A stretch of DNA of 64,000 bases, taken from Planctomycetota bacterium. GTDB lineage: Bacteria; Planctomycetota; UBA1135; UBA2386. The stretch covers positions 2,176,001-2,240,000 of the forward strand of contig JBKAGP010000001.1 of NCBI GenBank assembly GCA_046290465.1. The letters are read 5' to 3'. A program made the translations under genes and the position numbers. This document shows positions 36,497 to 46,464 of the stretch, piece by piece (the first letter of the stretch is position 1; each line of letters starts with the position of its first letter). A model generated the notes under the pieces. It was not told the origin of the DNA and ran no database searches. It saw nothing but the letters and a program-made list of their open reading frames with translations.

Positions 36497-37531
36497 CTAG
36501 TTACGCCGGCCGCGGGTGCGGGCGCGCTCGGCGCGGCGCCGCTCGCGTTTGCTCATCGGCTTCTTCTCGACGGCGGCGTTCGGGTCGATGCCGTTCTGTT
36601 CGCAGGCCGTCATCCAGTCATCGAACTTCTCGACGAACTCCAGCTCCAGCTTGCTCGGGTTGGCACCGATCACGACGCGCCGCCGCGCGATCTCGTTCTT
36701 CTTGGCCTCGTTCCAGCCCATCTTCGGCGGGAACTTGCGCAGCAGCTCCGACCACAGCAGCTTCTTCTGCACCTCTTGGGTGGTGACCTTGGCCTTGCCG
36801 GTCTTCTCGTCCTGCCCGGACGCGCCGGCGACCGGCTTGGCGTCACCGCCGACCTCGGCCGTCTCGGCCTTGGCGCCTTCGGCCTTCTCGGCGCCGGCGA
36901 CCGGCGTGGCCTGCGCACCGGGCTTGCCCGGCCTCCACGAGCCGAGTTCCTCGACCGTCGGCGGCGCGTTGCCGCCCGGCTGGTTTCCCGGCTGGTTTCC
37001 CGGCTGGTTTCGCTGGCCGGTCGTCTTGCCGGCGTCGCCGCCCGCCTTGCCGTTGGCCTTGAGCGCCGCGCGCGCCTTGCGTTCGGCGGCGCGCTTCTCG
37101 GCCATCTGCATCTCGTCCTCGATCTCCTGCAGCTGCTTCTGCGACAGACGCTGCACCACCTCGTAGGCCTTCAGGCTCTCGAACGGCACGAAGATGTAGC
37201 TGCGCGTGCCGCCGCTGTACCACAGCCGGATGCCGGCGCCGCGTTCGCGCGCCTGCGCCTCGACGAAGCGCAGGCCGTCGACGCGCTCGACCAGTCGGCC
37301 GTCCTTGACGACGCCGGTCAGGCGGTTGCCGTTGCGCAGCCGCACGCGAACGCGCACGTGGCTCTTCACCACGCGGCCCTCGGTGATCTGGTTGCGCATG
37401 TTGCGTGCCCGCTGGTCGGCGCGCGCGGTCTTCTTCGCGGGCTTCGACTTCACGCCCCCGGGCGGTGCCGGGTTCTGCGCGGAGACCAGCGCGGCGAGCA
37501 GCGAGGCGACGATGCAGGAATGCCACTTCAT
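36497..37531 (-). CDS. Secreted hypothetical protein with disordered linker
   Basis: Signal LVSA|Q; 12-bp tandem repeat x3 (36975-37010) encoding NQPG. Confidence 0.7.
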   Translation of the reverse strand: MKWHSCIVASLLAALVSAQNPAPPGGVKSKPAKKTARADQRARNMRNQITEGRVVKSHVRVRVRLRNGNRLTGVVKDGRLVERVDGLRFVEAQARERGAGIRLWYSGGTRSYIFVPFESLKAYEVVQRLSQKQLQEIEDEMQMAEKRAAERKARAALKANGKAGGDAGKTTGQRNQPGNQPGNQPGGNAPPTVEELGSWRPGKPGAQATPVAGAEKAEGAKAETAEVGGDAKPVAGASGQDEKTGKAKVTTQEVQKKLLWSELLRKFPPKMGWNEAKKNEIARRRVVIGANPSKLELEFVEKFDDWMTACEQNGIDPNAAVEKKPMSKRERRRAERARTRGRRN

Positions 37532-37645
37532 GCCCGCTGTATCGGCCGGACGACGCCGCGGACTTGCCCCCGGTCCCGGACCGGGACGCCGCGGCCTGGG
37601 TCGAAGCGACCCGGATGGGCGTTCTCCCGGGGCCAGAACGCCGTG

Positions 37646-38590
37646 TCAGCGACCGCGCCGGGCCGACAGCAGCAGCAGCGAGAACTCCAGCTCCGGGTCT
37701 TCCGGATGGCGGGCCCGGGCGCCGAACAGCCCCCCGCACAGGGCGAACGGCGGGCTCGGGTCGGCGACCAGCAGCTCGATGTCGAGCGCCGGTCTGCCGT
37801 TGACCTCGAGCTCCATCGGCAGCGACCAGGTCGGATCGTAGTTGCCCGGCAGCGGCGAGGTCCTCTGCATCGTGCGATGGAACTGCGGCCGCAACACCAC
37901 CGACGCGCCGAGGTTGGAGATCACCGACCACAGCGACGGCTTCTCGACGACCTGCCACAGCAGCGGCGCCAGCACGTCGTCCTCCTGCACGACCTGCAGC
38001 AGCGACACCGCGCACACGGTCGCCTGTGCCAGTTCGCGGGTCCGCACCGGCAACACTACGGCTTTGTCCGGCTCGATCGCGCCGCGCAGGCCTTCGGGCA
38101 GGCGCCGTTCGACCAGTTCGCACGCGGCGGCGACACCGCTGTCGAGGAAGTCGCGCGGCAGCCGTGGCTCGGAGCGTCCGAGCACGGCGCCTGCCTCGTC
38201 CATCACCACCGCCTCGACGCGGCACATGCGCGACGCGAAGTGCTCCTGCTGGCCGTTGATGCGCAGCCACCAGTCGACCGCGGGCGCCTCGCCGTCCCCC
38301 TCGGCCTCGAGCAGCGGATCGAGCAGCCGCAGCTGCAACAGCCAGTTGCGCACCCCGCCGTCCTTGCGCAGGCGCAGGCCGAACAGCACCGCGTCGCCGG
38401 CCCGCCAGGCGCCCGTCGCGTCGCGGCGGTCGAAGCCCTGCAGCAGGCGCGCCGGCGCCGGGAAGTCGCGCGTGTCCAGCGGCGACGCGGCGGCATCGAG
38501 CTGCAGGGCCGGCACGGACGGCGCATGGCACGCGCACAGGGCGAGCAGTGCCAGCGTCACCAGCGTCGACATCGCCAGCTTCGGGGTCAT
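37646..38590 (-). CDS. Hypothetical lipoprotein
   Basis: 'TLALLALCAC' lipobox-like; GC3 bias; start uncertain. Confidence 0.6.
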   Translation of the reverse strand: MTPKLAMSTLVTLALLALCACHAPSVPALQLDAAASPLDTRDFPAPARLLQGFDRRDATGAWRAGDAVLFGLRLRKDGGVRNWLLQLRLLDPLLEAEGDGEAPAVDWWLRINGQQEHFASRMCRVEAVVMDEAGAVLGRSEPRLPRDFLDSGVAAACELVERRLPEGLRGAIEPDKAVVLPVRTRELAQATVCAVSLLQVVQEDDVLAPLLWQVVEKPSLWSVISNLGASVVLRPQFHRTMQRTSPLPGNYDPTWSLPMELEVNGRPALDIELLVADPSPPFALCGGLFGARARHPEDPELEFSLLLLSARRGR

Positions 38591-38724
38591 TCGGGAGCGG
38601 TGCATCCGGTGCGGACCCAACGGTAACAGGTCGCGCGCCGCGACGCCCATCGCGGCGGCCGTTGGGGAAAACACCCGTCCCGGTTTGCTAAGGTGGCGCC
38701 TCCCCATCCGTCGATTGCCCGCCC

Positions 38725-39003
38725 ATGAAGATGCGTCTCACGGCAGCCAGTCTCCTGCTCTTCGCAGGTCTTTCGTCTTGCGGCACCTCGCACACGGCAC
38801 GCTGGGTCTACGGCGCCTCTTCGACGTTCGAGGAGCCGAGCCCGCACTCCGAGGAGAACGCGCTGCGCGCTGCGATCGGCCTGCCGGTGATCGTCGGCGG
38901 GGTCGCGTTCGACGTGGTCACGTTCCCGGTGCAGATCATGTTCGGCGTCTGGCCCTGGTGGGGCGACGCGTCGCTGCACATGAAGCCCGACCAGCAGGAC
39001 TGA
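38725..39003 (+). CDS. Small lipoprotein with C-terminal hydrophobic segment
   Basis: 'LLLFAGLSSC' lipobox; 'AFDVVTFPVQ'. Confidence 0.65.
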   Translation: MKMRLTAASLLLFAGLSSCGTSHTARWVYGASSTFEEPSPHSEENALRAAIGLPVIVGGVAFDVVTFPVQIMFGVWPWWGDASLHMKPDQQD

Positions 39004-39285
39004 TCGCTGCAGCGAGCCGATCGCCCGGCCGGCTCATCAGCCGGGTGGCCGCAGCGGGCGATGGCATGGCGGATACGCGACCCGCCGTGGGACCGCCTCG
39101 CCAGAAAACCTGCGCAATCCGCGTGCGCCTGGACCGGGCCCGCCCTTGGTCCGGTGCACGCCATGACCACGCTCGCACAGCTCCGCAACCTGCTCGGCCG
39201 ACGCCTGATCGCGCGAATCCCCGACGCAGCTTGCCGAGCACGGAAACCCGTGCAGAATCGAGGCTTCTCGACCCGGGTTCCGTTC

Positions 39286-39876
39286 TTGGACGACAACACG
39301 CGCAATCTGGTCAACCGCGCCCTCGAGCAGGATCGTGACGCGATCGATCTGCTGTTCGACCGCTACCGGGACCGGCTGCGGGCCGCGCTGCGCAAGCTGA
39401 TCGGCCCCAAGTATCGCGTGCTGATGGCCGACAGCGAGGACGCCACCCACGACGCGATCCTGTCGGCGCTGCGGCGGCTGCACCAGTTCGAGTATCGGGG
39501 CGAGGGTTCTTTCCTGGCCTGGCTGCTGAAGGGCGCCGAGTACGAGATCATCCGCCGCATCCGCGCGCTCGAGACCAAGAAGCGCGCGGCCGGCGCGCGG
39601 GCGGTCGCGATCGACGACGCTGCGGACCTCGTGCAGGCCAGGGACGCGACCCCGTCCCAGGTGCACGACGAGACCGAGCTGGCCGAACGGATCCGCTGTG
39701 CCATGCAGCAGCTGCCCGACCGCGAGCGCGAGATCATCGTGCTGCGGCGCTACCTCGAACTCGACACGGCGGAGATCTGCGCGGAGATGGGGCTGCCGAC
39801 CGAGGGCGCCGTGCGCGCCCTGCTGTCGCGGGCGCAGGCCCGGCTCGCCGGGCTGCTGTCGCGGCGGGAGGACTGA
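39286..39876 (+). CDS. ECF sigma-70 factor (kinase-associated type), module C
   Basis: 'AIDLLFDRYRDRL', 'DSEDATHD', 'FEYRGEGSFLAWL', 'ATPSQ', 'LPDREREII..R'; start uncertain (TTG 39286 or GTG 39250). Confidence 0.9.
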   Translation: MDDNTRNLVNRALEQDRDAIDLLFDRYRDRLRAALRKLIGPKYRVLMADSEDATHDAILSALRRLHQFEYRGEGSFLAWLLKGAEYEIIRRIRALETKKRAAGARAVAIDDAADLVQARDATPSQVHDETELAERIRCAMQQLPDREREIIVLRRYLELDTAEICAEMGLPTEGAVRALLSRAQARLAGLLSRRED

Positions 39877-39877
39877 C

Positions 39878-42800
39878 GTGGGCGAGCGACCAGAGCCCGA
39901 ACTCGTCCGCCAAGACGAGGCCCGCCGCGGCGAACAGGTGCAGCAGGCGGTCGAGGCGTTCGTCGAGCGGCACACCGCCGGCAAGGCGCCGGACCCGATG
40001 ACGTTCGCCGAGGAATACCCGCAGGAGCTGCGCCCGGACATCCTGTCGCAGTGTCGCGAGTTCCTGATGTTCGACGGCATGCTCGGCCACCAGGAGTGGC
40101 TGGACGACGAACCCGACGAGCCCGGCGGGCGGCTGTTCGGCGACTTCGTCATCCAGGAGGAGCTCGGCCGCGGCGGCATGGGCGTGGTCTACCTCGCCCA
40201 CCAACGCTCGCTCGACCGACGCGTCGCGCTGAAGGTGATGGCCAGCGGCCTGACGCTGAGCAAGCGCCACGTCGAGCGGTTCCGCCGCGAGGCGATGGCC
40301 ACCGCGCAGCTGCGCCACCCGGCGATCGTGCCGGTGCACAGCCTGATCGAGGTCGACGGCACGTTCGCGCTGGCGATGGACTACGTCGCCGGCCGCAACC
40401 TCGCCGACATGCTCGACGACCTTCGCCTGCGCAACCGCGAGGGCGAAGGCGTGCACGACGGCAGCCTCGGCATCGCACCGGACAAGGGCTACGTCGCCGA
40501 ATGCGCGATGCTGGCCGCACAGGTCGCCTCGGCGCTGGCCGCCGCGCACCACAACCAGGTCGTGCACCGCGACCTCAAGCCGCGCAACCTGATGCTCGAC
40601 GATCGCCGTCAGGTGCGGCTGCTCGACTTCGGCCTCGCCAAGTCGCTCGACGCGACCCGCGAGAGCCTGTCGATGTCCGGCGAGATCACCGGCACCGCGC
40701 ACTACATGAGCCCGGAGCAGACGCTCGCCAAGCGCGTCGAGGTCGACCACCGGGCGGACATCTGGTCGCTCGGCGTGATCCTCTACGAGCTGCTGACGCT
40801 GAGCCGCCCGTTCGACGGCAAGAACCTGCAGCAGATCGTCTACGAGATCTGCTTCAAGGAGCCGGTCGCGCTGCAGCGACGCAACCCCAAGGTGCCGCGC
40901 GACCTGGTCACGATCTGCGCCAAGGCCCTCGAGAAGGACCCGCAGAACCGCTACCAGACCGCCGCCCAGTTCGAGGCCGACCTGCAGCGCTTCCTGCGCT
41001 GGGAGCCGGTGCACGCCAAGCCGGTGGGCGCGTGGACGCGCGCCTCCAAGTTCGTGCGGCGCCACCGCACCGAGGCCTCGATCGCCGCGGCGCTGCTGCT
41101 ACTGTTGACGACCGTGCTGTCGTTCGTCTGGTACCGCGACGCGGTCGACGCGCGACAGGCCGACGACCTGCTGCGCACCGCCAGCCGTCGCGCCGAAGCC
41201 GGCGACTACGCGCAGGCGATCACGCTGACCAACCAGGCGCTGGAGCTGCGCAACGACGAGGTCACCCGCGAACGCCTCGGCCGCTACCACGCCGAGAACA
41301 AGCGCGTCGAGAACGCGGCGGCCTGGCTGGTCGCCGAGAGCCGCCAGCTGCTCGGCCACGACCGCGAAGGTGCGATGCGGCTGGCACTCGACGCCGAACG
41401 GCAGCTGTCGTCGGCGAAGACGCGCTCGGCGGTGCTCGACGCGCTCGGCAGCGGCGTCGCCGCGCGGTCGCTGCGGATGCCGTCCAGCATCAGCACGGTC
41501 GCCGCCGTGTTCTCGCCGTCGGGCGAACGGATCGCCACCGCCGGCAACCGCGGCACGCTGCAGTTCTACCGCGACGCCGGCGCCGACCCGCGGCCGCTGC
41601 ACGGCCACGGTGCGCGGTTGCCGCTCGCCGGCGTGACGTTCGTCGACGAACGCACGCTGGTCTCGGCCGGCGTCGACGGCACGCTCCGGATCTGGAACCC
41701 GGAGGGCGGCGGCGATCCGATCACGGTGCCGCTCGACCTGCCGTTCGGCCGCATGCGGCCGGCGACGATGACCATGGACGCCGGCCGCAGCCGCGTGCTG
41801 CTGGCGCTCTACGGCCTCGCCAACGAGGTCGAACCGGGCGAACAGCGGCCGCGCCAGATCTACGGCACCCGCGCGTTCGACGCGCGCACCGGGGCCCCGC
41901 TGTCCGACTTCGTCGACCACGGCAGCTACACGATCTGCGCGCTGCGCCACGACGGCGCGCTCGCGGCGTCGTGCACCGTCGGCAGCACGCTGCGGATCTG
42001 GAACGTCACCGACGACACCGTGCAGGCCCGTCGCAAGCTGCCGCTGACCGGCCGCGCGAGCGCGATCGCGTTCTCGCCGGACGGGCGCGTGGTCGCGGTC
42101 GGCGCGCTGTCGGGACAGCTGCTGTTCCTGGATGCGACCGACGGCTCGCTGCTCGGCAGCGCGCGCCACGCGGATGCGGTGCGCTCGCTCGCGTTCTCGC
42201 CCGACGGCGAACGGCTGCTGTCCGGTTCGCGCGACTTCACCGCCCGGCTGTGGCGCTACGGCGATCGCGACGGCGCGTTCTCGGTGCGGGAGGTCGGCAC
42301 GCTCGGTGGCACCAGCGACGAGGTCCACCACGTCGCGTTCAGCGACGACGGCACGCTCGCCGCGACCGCGTCTGGCGCCGCCAACGGCGTCATCCGCGTG
42401 TTCCACACCGCCGGCATCGGCGGCCGCCAGCCGATCCACGAATACCGCGTGCGTGAGAGCGTGCTGCGGGTCGCGTTCGCGCCCGACGGGCGTCGGCTGT
42501 TGGCGACCACCTCCCGCCGGGCGCTGGTCTGGAACTTCAGCGCGGCGCGCGGCGCGATCTCGATGCACCAGCCCGGCAAGGTGCCGGCGCTCGCCTTCGT
42601 CGCCGACGACCGCCGGTTGCTGACGGCCGGCGACGACGAACGGCTGCGCCGCTGGAACGTGCGCGACGGCAAGCTCGACTGGCAGACCGAACGCCTCGGC
42701 AATCCGGTCACCGCGCTCGCCGTCGACGACCAGGACCGCCGCCTCGCCTGCGCACTGGCCGGCGGCGAGGTGCTCGTGCACGCGATCGACGACGGCGCGC

Positions 42801-43555
42801 TGCTGCTGCGGCTGCCGGCCTCGGGCATCGAGGTGCTGGCGGTGCAGTTCGTCGCCGACGACCAACTGCTGCTCGCGGGCAAGACCGAGCACGGCGGCGC
42901 GATCGCGCTGTGGGACCTGACCGCGCGCGAGTTGGTGCAAAGGATCGACGTCGACCACGAGGTCTACGCGATCGCGATCTCGACCGACCGGCAGCTGCTC
43001 GCGACCGCCAGTCCCGACGAACACCATCCGCGCGTCTGGCAGCTGCCGACGCTCGCCGAACGCGAGGTGCCGTGGCCGCCGGCACCGAGCGCGCCGGGCG
43101 AGGACGGCGGCGAAGCCGTGCCGAGCCGCGACCTGGTCCGTTCGATCTGCTTCACCCCCGACGGCACGGGCCTGCTCGCTGGCGGGCAACGCGGGGTCGC
43201 GCAGCTGTACGACGTCGACGGCGGCGTCACGCTCGAACTGAGCGCAAACGGCCCGATCGCACACGTCGCGTGCTCGCCCGACGGCCGATTCGTGCTGACC
43301 TGCAGCACCGGCCGCGACGGTTCGGCGCAGCTGTGGCGCACCACCGACGGCACCGAAGAGCTGCACTTCAACGGCCACCGCGCGTCGCTGATGCACGCGA
43401 CCTTCGACAGCACCGGCGCGCTGGCCGCGACCAGCGCGGCGGACGGTTCGGTGTGGATCTGGCCGACGGATCCCGTCGCGGTCGCCCGACGTCTGCCCCT
43501 GCACACCCCCGACGCCCAGAAGGCCAACGGCTCCCACACCACTCGCCCCCGCTAG
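39878..43555 (+). CDS. Ser/Thr kinase with TM and C-terminal WD40 repeats (module C)
   Basis: GGGAGG RBS; GRGGMG, HRDLKPRN, DFGLAK, GTAHYMSPE; multiple 'AFSPDG...GS.D.T.R.W' WD40 blades. Confidence 0.94.
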   Translation: MGERPEPELVRQDEARRGEQVQQAVEAFVERHTAGKAPDPMTFAEEYPQELRPDILSQCREFLMFDGMLGHQEWLDDEPDEPGGRLFGDFVIQEELGRGGMGVVYLAHQRSLDRRVALKVMASGLTLSKRHVERFRREAMATAQLRHPAIVPVHSLIEVDGTFALAMDYVAGRNLADMLDDLRLRNREGEGVHDGSLGIAPDKGYVAECAMLAAQVASALAAAHHNQVVHRDLKPRNLMLDDRRQVRLLDFGLAKSLDATRESLSMSGEITGTAHYMSPEQTLAKRVEVDHRADIWSLGVILYELLTLSRPFDGKNLQQIVYEICFKEPVALQRRNPKVPRDLVTICAKALEKDPQNRYQTAAQFEADLQRFLRWEPVHAKPVGAWTRASKFVRRHRTEASIAAALLLLLTTVLSFVWYRDAVDARQADDLLRTASRRAEAGDYAQAITLTNQALELRNDEVTRERLGRYHAENKRVENAAAWLVAESRQLLGHDREGAMRLALDAERQLSSAKTRSAVLDALGSGVAARSLRMPSSISTVAAVFSPSGERIATAGNRGTLQFYRDAGADPRPLHGHGARLPLAGVTFVDERTLVSAGVDGTLRIWNPEGGGDPITVPLDLPFGRMRPATMTMDAGRSRVLLALYGLANEVEPGEQRPRQIYGTRAFDARTGAPLSDFVDHGSYTICALRHDGALAASCTVGSTLRIWNVTDDTVQARRKLPLTGRASAIAFSPDGRVVAVGALSGQLLFLDATDGSLLGSARHADAVRSLAFSPDGERLLSGSRDFTARLWRYGDRDGAFSVREVGTLGGTSDEVHHVAFSDDGTLAATASGAANGVIRVFHTAGIGGRQPIHEYRVRESVLRVAFAPDGRRLLATTSRRALVWNFSAARGAISMHQPGKVPALAFVADDRRLLTAGDDERLRRWNVRDGKLDWQTERLGNPVTALAVDDQDRRLACALAGGEVLVHAIDDGALLLRLPASGIEVLAVQFVADDQLLLAGKTEHGGAIALWDLTARELVQRIDVDHEVYAIAISTDRQLLATASPDEHHPRVWQLPTLAEREVPWPPAPSAPGEDGGEAVPSRDLVRSICFTPDGTGLLAGGQRGVAQLYDVDGGVTLELSANGPIAHVACSPDGRFVLTCSTGRDGSAQLWRTTDGTEELHFNGHRASLMHATFDSTGALAATSAADGSVWIWPTDPVAVARRLPLHTPDAQKANGSHTTRPR

Positions 43556-43562
43556 GCCAGCG

Positions 43563-43614
43563 CACGCCACCCCGCCACGCCACCCCGCCGCGCCAACCCG
43601 CCACGCCACCCCGG
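43563..43614 (+). repeat. 13-bp tandem repeat x4 (consensus CACGCCACCCCGC)
   Basis: Two perfect and two near-perfect units between the kinase stop and the next gene. Confidence 0.8.
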
Positions 43615-43666
43615 CGCGCCGGAACGAACGCGGGCCACCACCTGCACCCTGCAACCAGGACCGACC

Positions 43667-45556
43667 ATGAACCGCCTCCCTTGCCCGTCGCGAAGCCTCG
43701 CGCTCGCGGCCCTCTGCGCGACCGCCGCCGCCCAGACCCCGGTCGATTCCCCGCCGTGGTGGGGCGTGCAGGACGAGGTCACGGTCAGCATCGCCTGGGA
43801 CTTCGACAACGGCGGCGGCCAGCTGCCGCCGCAGCAGCCGGACTTCCAGGTCGCGGCGCCGTGGTACCAGAACAACACGCCGTGGTCGGCCACCGGCACG
43901 CCGCTGCAGTTCCTGCCGACGTTCCAGGGCCACCAGGGGGTCTACGCGCTGGTCGGCAACGGCACGCCGATCTCGGCGACGCTCGACCTGTTCGTCGACA
44001 ACGATCCGCACCTCGACTGGGTCAAGCTGTTCTGGATCCAGTACGACGAGTACGACCAGACCGGCGTCGGCCTGTCCGCGCAGATCCAGCAACAGCTGAC
44101 CAAGTACGGGCGCGCCGCCGTCACCGAGGAGCGCGAGGCGATCGGCAACGGTTGGGACCGCGTCACGATCTCGGCCGAACTCGTGCCACAGCCGGACGAC
44201 GAGGCGCTCGACTGGCGGTTCGTCGAGTCGGCGCTCGGCACCGTCGCGATCGACAACGTGTTCGTCAACAGCCGCTGCGTCAAGCCGCGGCCCGACGAGG
44301 TCGGCGACGCGATGGGCCGCGTGACCAACGGCGCGACGCAGTCGATCAACCTGACGCTGCAGACCGGTCGCACCTGCCGCGCCGTCGCGGTGACGCGCGG
44401 CAACGCCGTCAACCCGGGCCGTCGCCTGTGGGTCGCCGCGGTCGGCCAACCGGGACAGTCGCACACGGTGTTCGAGCTGACCGCCAACGGCCAGACGACG
44501 ATCGCGTCGACCAACCTGCCGACCAGCGTGGCGGCGGCGCCGTTCGGGCCGATGGACATGGCGGTCGAGACCGTCGAACTGCCGACCGGCGTGTTCCAGG
44601 AGTGGGTCTACGTGCTGGTGCGGCTGAGCACCGGCGACCTGGTGATCCGCGCGATCGACGCCACCACCAACCAGATCGATCCGTCCCGCACCCGGCAGGT
44701 GCCGGCGGGTGCGGCGCCGTTCGCGACCGGCCAGAAGCTCGGCCTGGCGTTCGATCCCGACGGCGACAACGGCAACGGCTCGTTCTGGGTGACGGGCCAG
44801 ACGACCATCCAGCCGATCGCCTACCGCGCGCTCGAGTATGCCGCGAGCGGCGTGCCGGTCGCCCCGATCAACGCGTTCGACGTGCCTACCGAGACCAACG
44901 GCTTCGCCTACGACGCGACGCTGGGCAACTTCTACTGCTTCAGCATGGAGCCGGTGCAGCGCGCGAGTGGCGCGATCAGCCAGGTCAACGGCTACGAGAT
45001 CAGCGGCTACGACGAACTGCCGACGGGCGTGCGCTTCTGCGGCGACCTGACCATCCCCAACCCCGGTGGCCCCGACGGCGGCCTGGCCTCGGGCATGACG
45101 CTCTATCGCACGTTCGGCGGCATCGACTCCGAGCTGCGGCTGGCGTGCGTCGCCGACGTCGGTGCCAGCCAGTACTTCTACGAACTCGCCGGCCCGTTCC
45201 GCTACGGCTACAGCCGCTTCGGCACGATCGGCATGCAGAACGGCCCGCCGTTCCTCGGCGGCAGCTTCGACGTCACGCTGCGCGGCGTGCCCAACTCCCT
45301 GCTCGCGGCGCTGTTCGTCGGCGACGCGGCCGCCAACATCCCGATCGGCGTCGAGGCGTTCGCGTCGATCAGTTCGTTCGTCAACGCCGGCCCGTTCACC
45401 CCGGTCGCGCCCGGCCGCTTCTCGTTCAGCATCGCGCTGCCCCCGACGCCGGCGCTGTCCTACTACGAGGCGTTCTTCCAGTGGGTCGTGCTCGACGGCA
45501 CCGCCCCCGGCTTCCTCGGCTTCACCCAGGCCGGCAAGACCGTGCTCTACCCATAA
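43667..45556 (+). CDS. Secreted protein with shared C-terminal domain
   Basis: AGGA RBS; signal TAAA|Q; C-terminus 'PFLGGSFDVTLRG..ALP.TP....FFQWVVLD'. Confidence 0.82.
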   Translation: MNRLPCPSRSLALAALCATAAAQTPVDSPPWWGVQDEVTVSIAWDFDNGGGQLPPQQPDFQVAAPWYQNNTPWSATGTPLQFLPTFQGHQGVYALVGNGTPISATLDLFVDNDPHLDWVKLFWIQYDEYDQTGVGLSAQIQQQLTKYGRAAVTEEREAIGNGWDRVTISAELVPQPDDEALDWRFVESALGTVAIDNVFVNSRCVKPRPDEVGDAMGRVTNGATQSINLTLQTGRTCRAVAVTRGNAVNPGRRLWVAAVGQPGQSHTVFELTANGQTTIASTNLPTSVAAAPFGPMDMAVETVELPTGVFQEWVYVLVRLSTGDLVIRAIDATTNQIDPSRTRQVPAGAAPFATGQKLGLAFDPDGDNGNGSFWVTGQTTIQPIAYRALEYAASGVPVAPINAFDVPTETNGFAYDATLGNFYCFSMEPVQRASGAISQVNGYEISGYDELPTGVRFCGDLTIPNPGGPDGGLASGMTLYRTFGGIDSELRLACVADVGASQYFYELAGPFRYGYSRFGTIGMQNGPPFLGGSFDVTLRGVPNSLLAALFVGDAAANIPIGVEAFASISSFVNAGPFTPVAPGRFSFSIALPPTPALSYYEAFFQWVVLDGTAPGFLGFTQAGKTVLYP

Positions 45557-45660
45557 GTAGCGGTACGGTACACGGTTCATCCTCCAACTTCCGCGAGCGC
45601 TCGCGCTCGCGGAAGTTGGAGGATGAACCGCACTCGTACCGCATTACCGTGCCGCTACTT
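45555..45660. repeat. REPIN-like inverted doublet (GTAG...CTAC) between convergent genes
   Basis: 28-bp perfect inner arms (45573-45600 / 45603-45630) plus 16-bp outer arms with one mismatch; same unit as 31598-31628. Confidence 0.88.
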
Positions 45661-46464
45661 CTTCGCCTTGGCGGCTTCGGCCTTCAGGCGCTGTTCCCGG
45701 GCCTCGTGCAGCTTCGGCTTCTTGCTGTGGAAGACGAACTCGAGTTCGGTGCCGGGTTCGGGCACCAGCTTGGTGGTCCACCAGTTCTGGTCGTCGCGGG
45801 CGCGCTCGTGCACCATCGTCGCGAGGTGGTTGTCCGGGGTCAGGTAGCAGACGCTGACCAGGTTGCCCTCGAAGTCGGCGATGAACACCTCGGGATCGCC
45901 CTTGTAGAGCTGCGCCATGCGGCCGCCGAGGTAGACCCACTTGCACGCGCCCATCGGCTTCTGCGTGGTCAGGTCGAGCAGCAGGTCCTCGACGCAGTGC
46001 TCGACGGGCTTGCCGTCCTCGTCCTTCCAGCGCGCCGTCATCCAGAACGGCTTGCCCTTCGGCGGCGTGACGATCAGCGGATCGGCGCCGGCCTGCACTT
46101 CTTCGAGCGTCGGTGCGGGCACCTTCTCCTTGTAGGTGGCGTTGCTGCCCTTCTCCATGCCGAGCATCAGCAGCGCCGCGTTGAGCACGCTCGGCTTGGT
46201 CTTGGTCCAGAACACCGCCTCGTGCTTCTTGCCGCGGCGGTGGATCAGCAGGTACTCGATCGGATCCTGCGGCGGGTTGACGACCGCCGGGATCGTCACC
46301 GTCCCCTTCTTGGCGTCGATCTTCACCTTCTCCTTGTCGAAGGACGCCAGCATCTCCTTCAGGAGCTTGTCGGGGTCCTGCGGCGCAGCCGGCTTCTTCG
46401 GCTCGTCCTGGCAGGACGCAAGGGTCGCGGTGATGGCGAGAACGGTCAGGGTGCGGATGATCAT
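45655..46464 (-). CDS. YdjY-domain lipoprotein
   Basis: Lipobox LASC; 'IEYLL....GKKHEAVF....KPS.LNAALLMLG', 'WVYLGG'. Confidence 0.7.
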   Translation of the reverse strand: MIIRTLTVLAITATLASCQDEPKKPAAPQDPDKLLKEMLASFDKEKVKIDAKKGTVTIPAVVNPPQDPIEYLLIHRRGKKHEAVFWTKTKPSVLNAALLMLGMEKGSNATYKEKVPAPTLEEVQAGADPLIVTPPKGKPFWMTARWKDEDGKPVEHCVEDLLLDLTTQKPMGACKWVYLGGRMAQLYKGDPEVFIADFEGNLVSVCYLTPDNHLATMVHERARDDQNWWTTKLVPEPGTELEFVFHSKKPKLHEAREQRLKAEAAKAKK

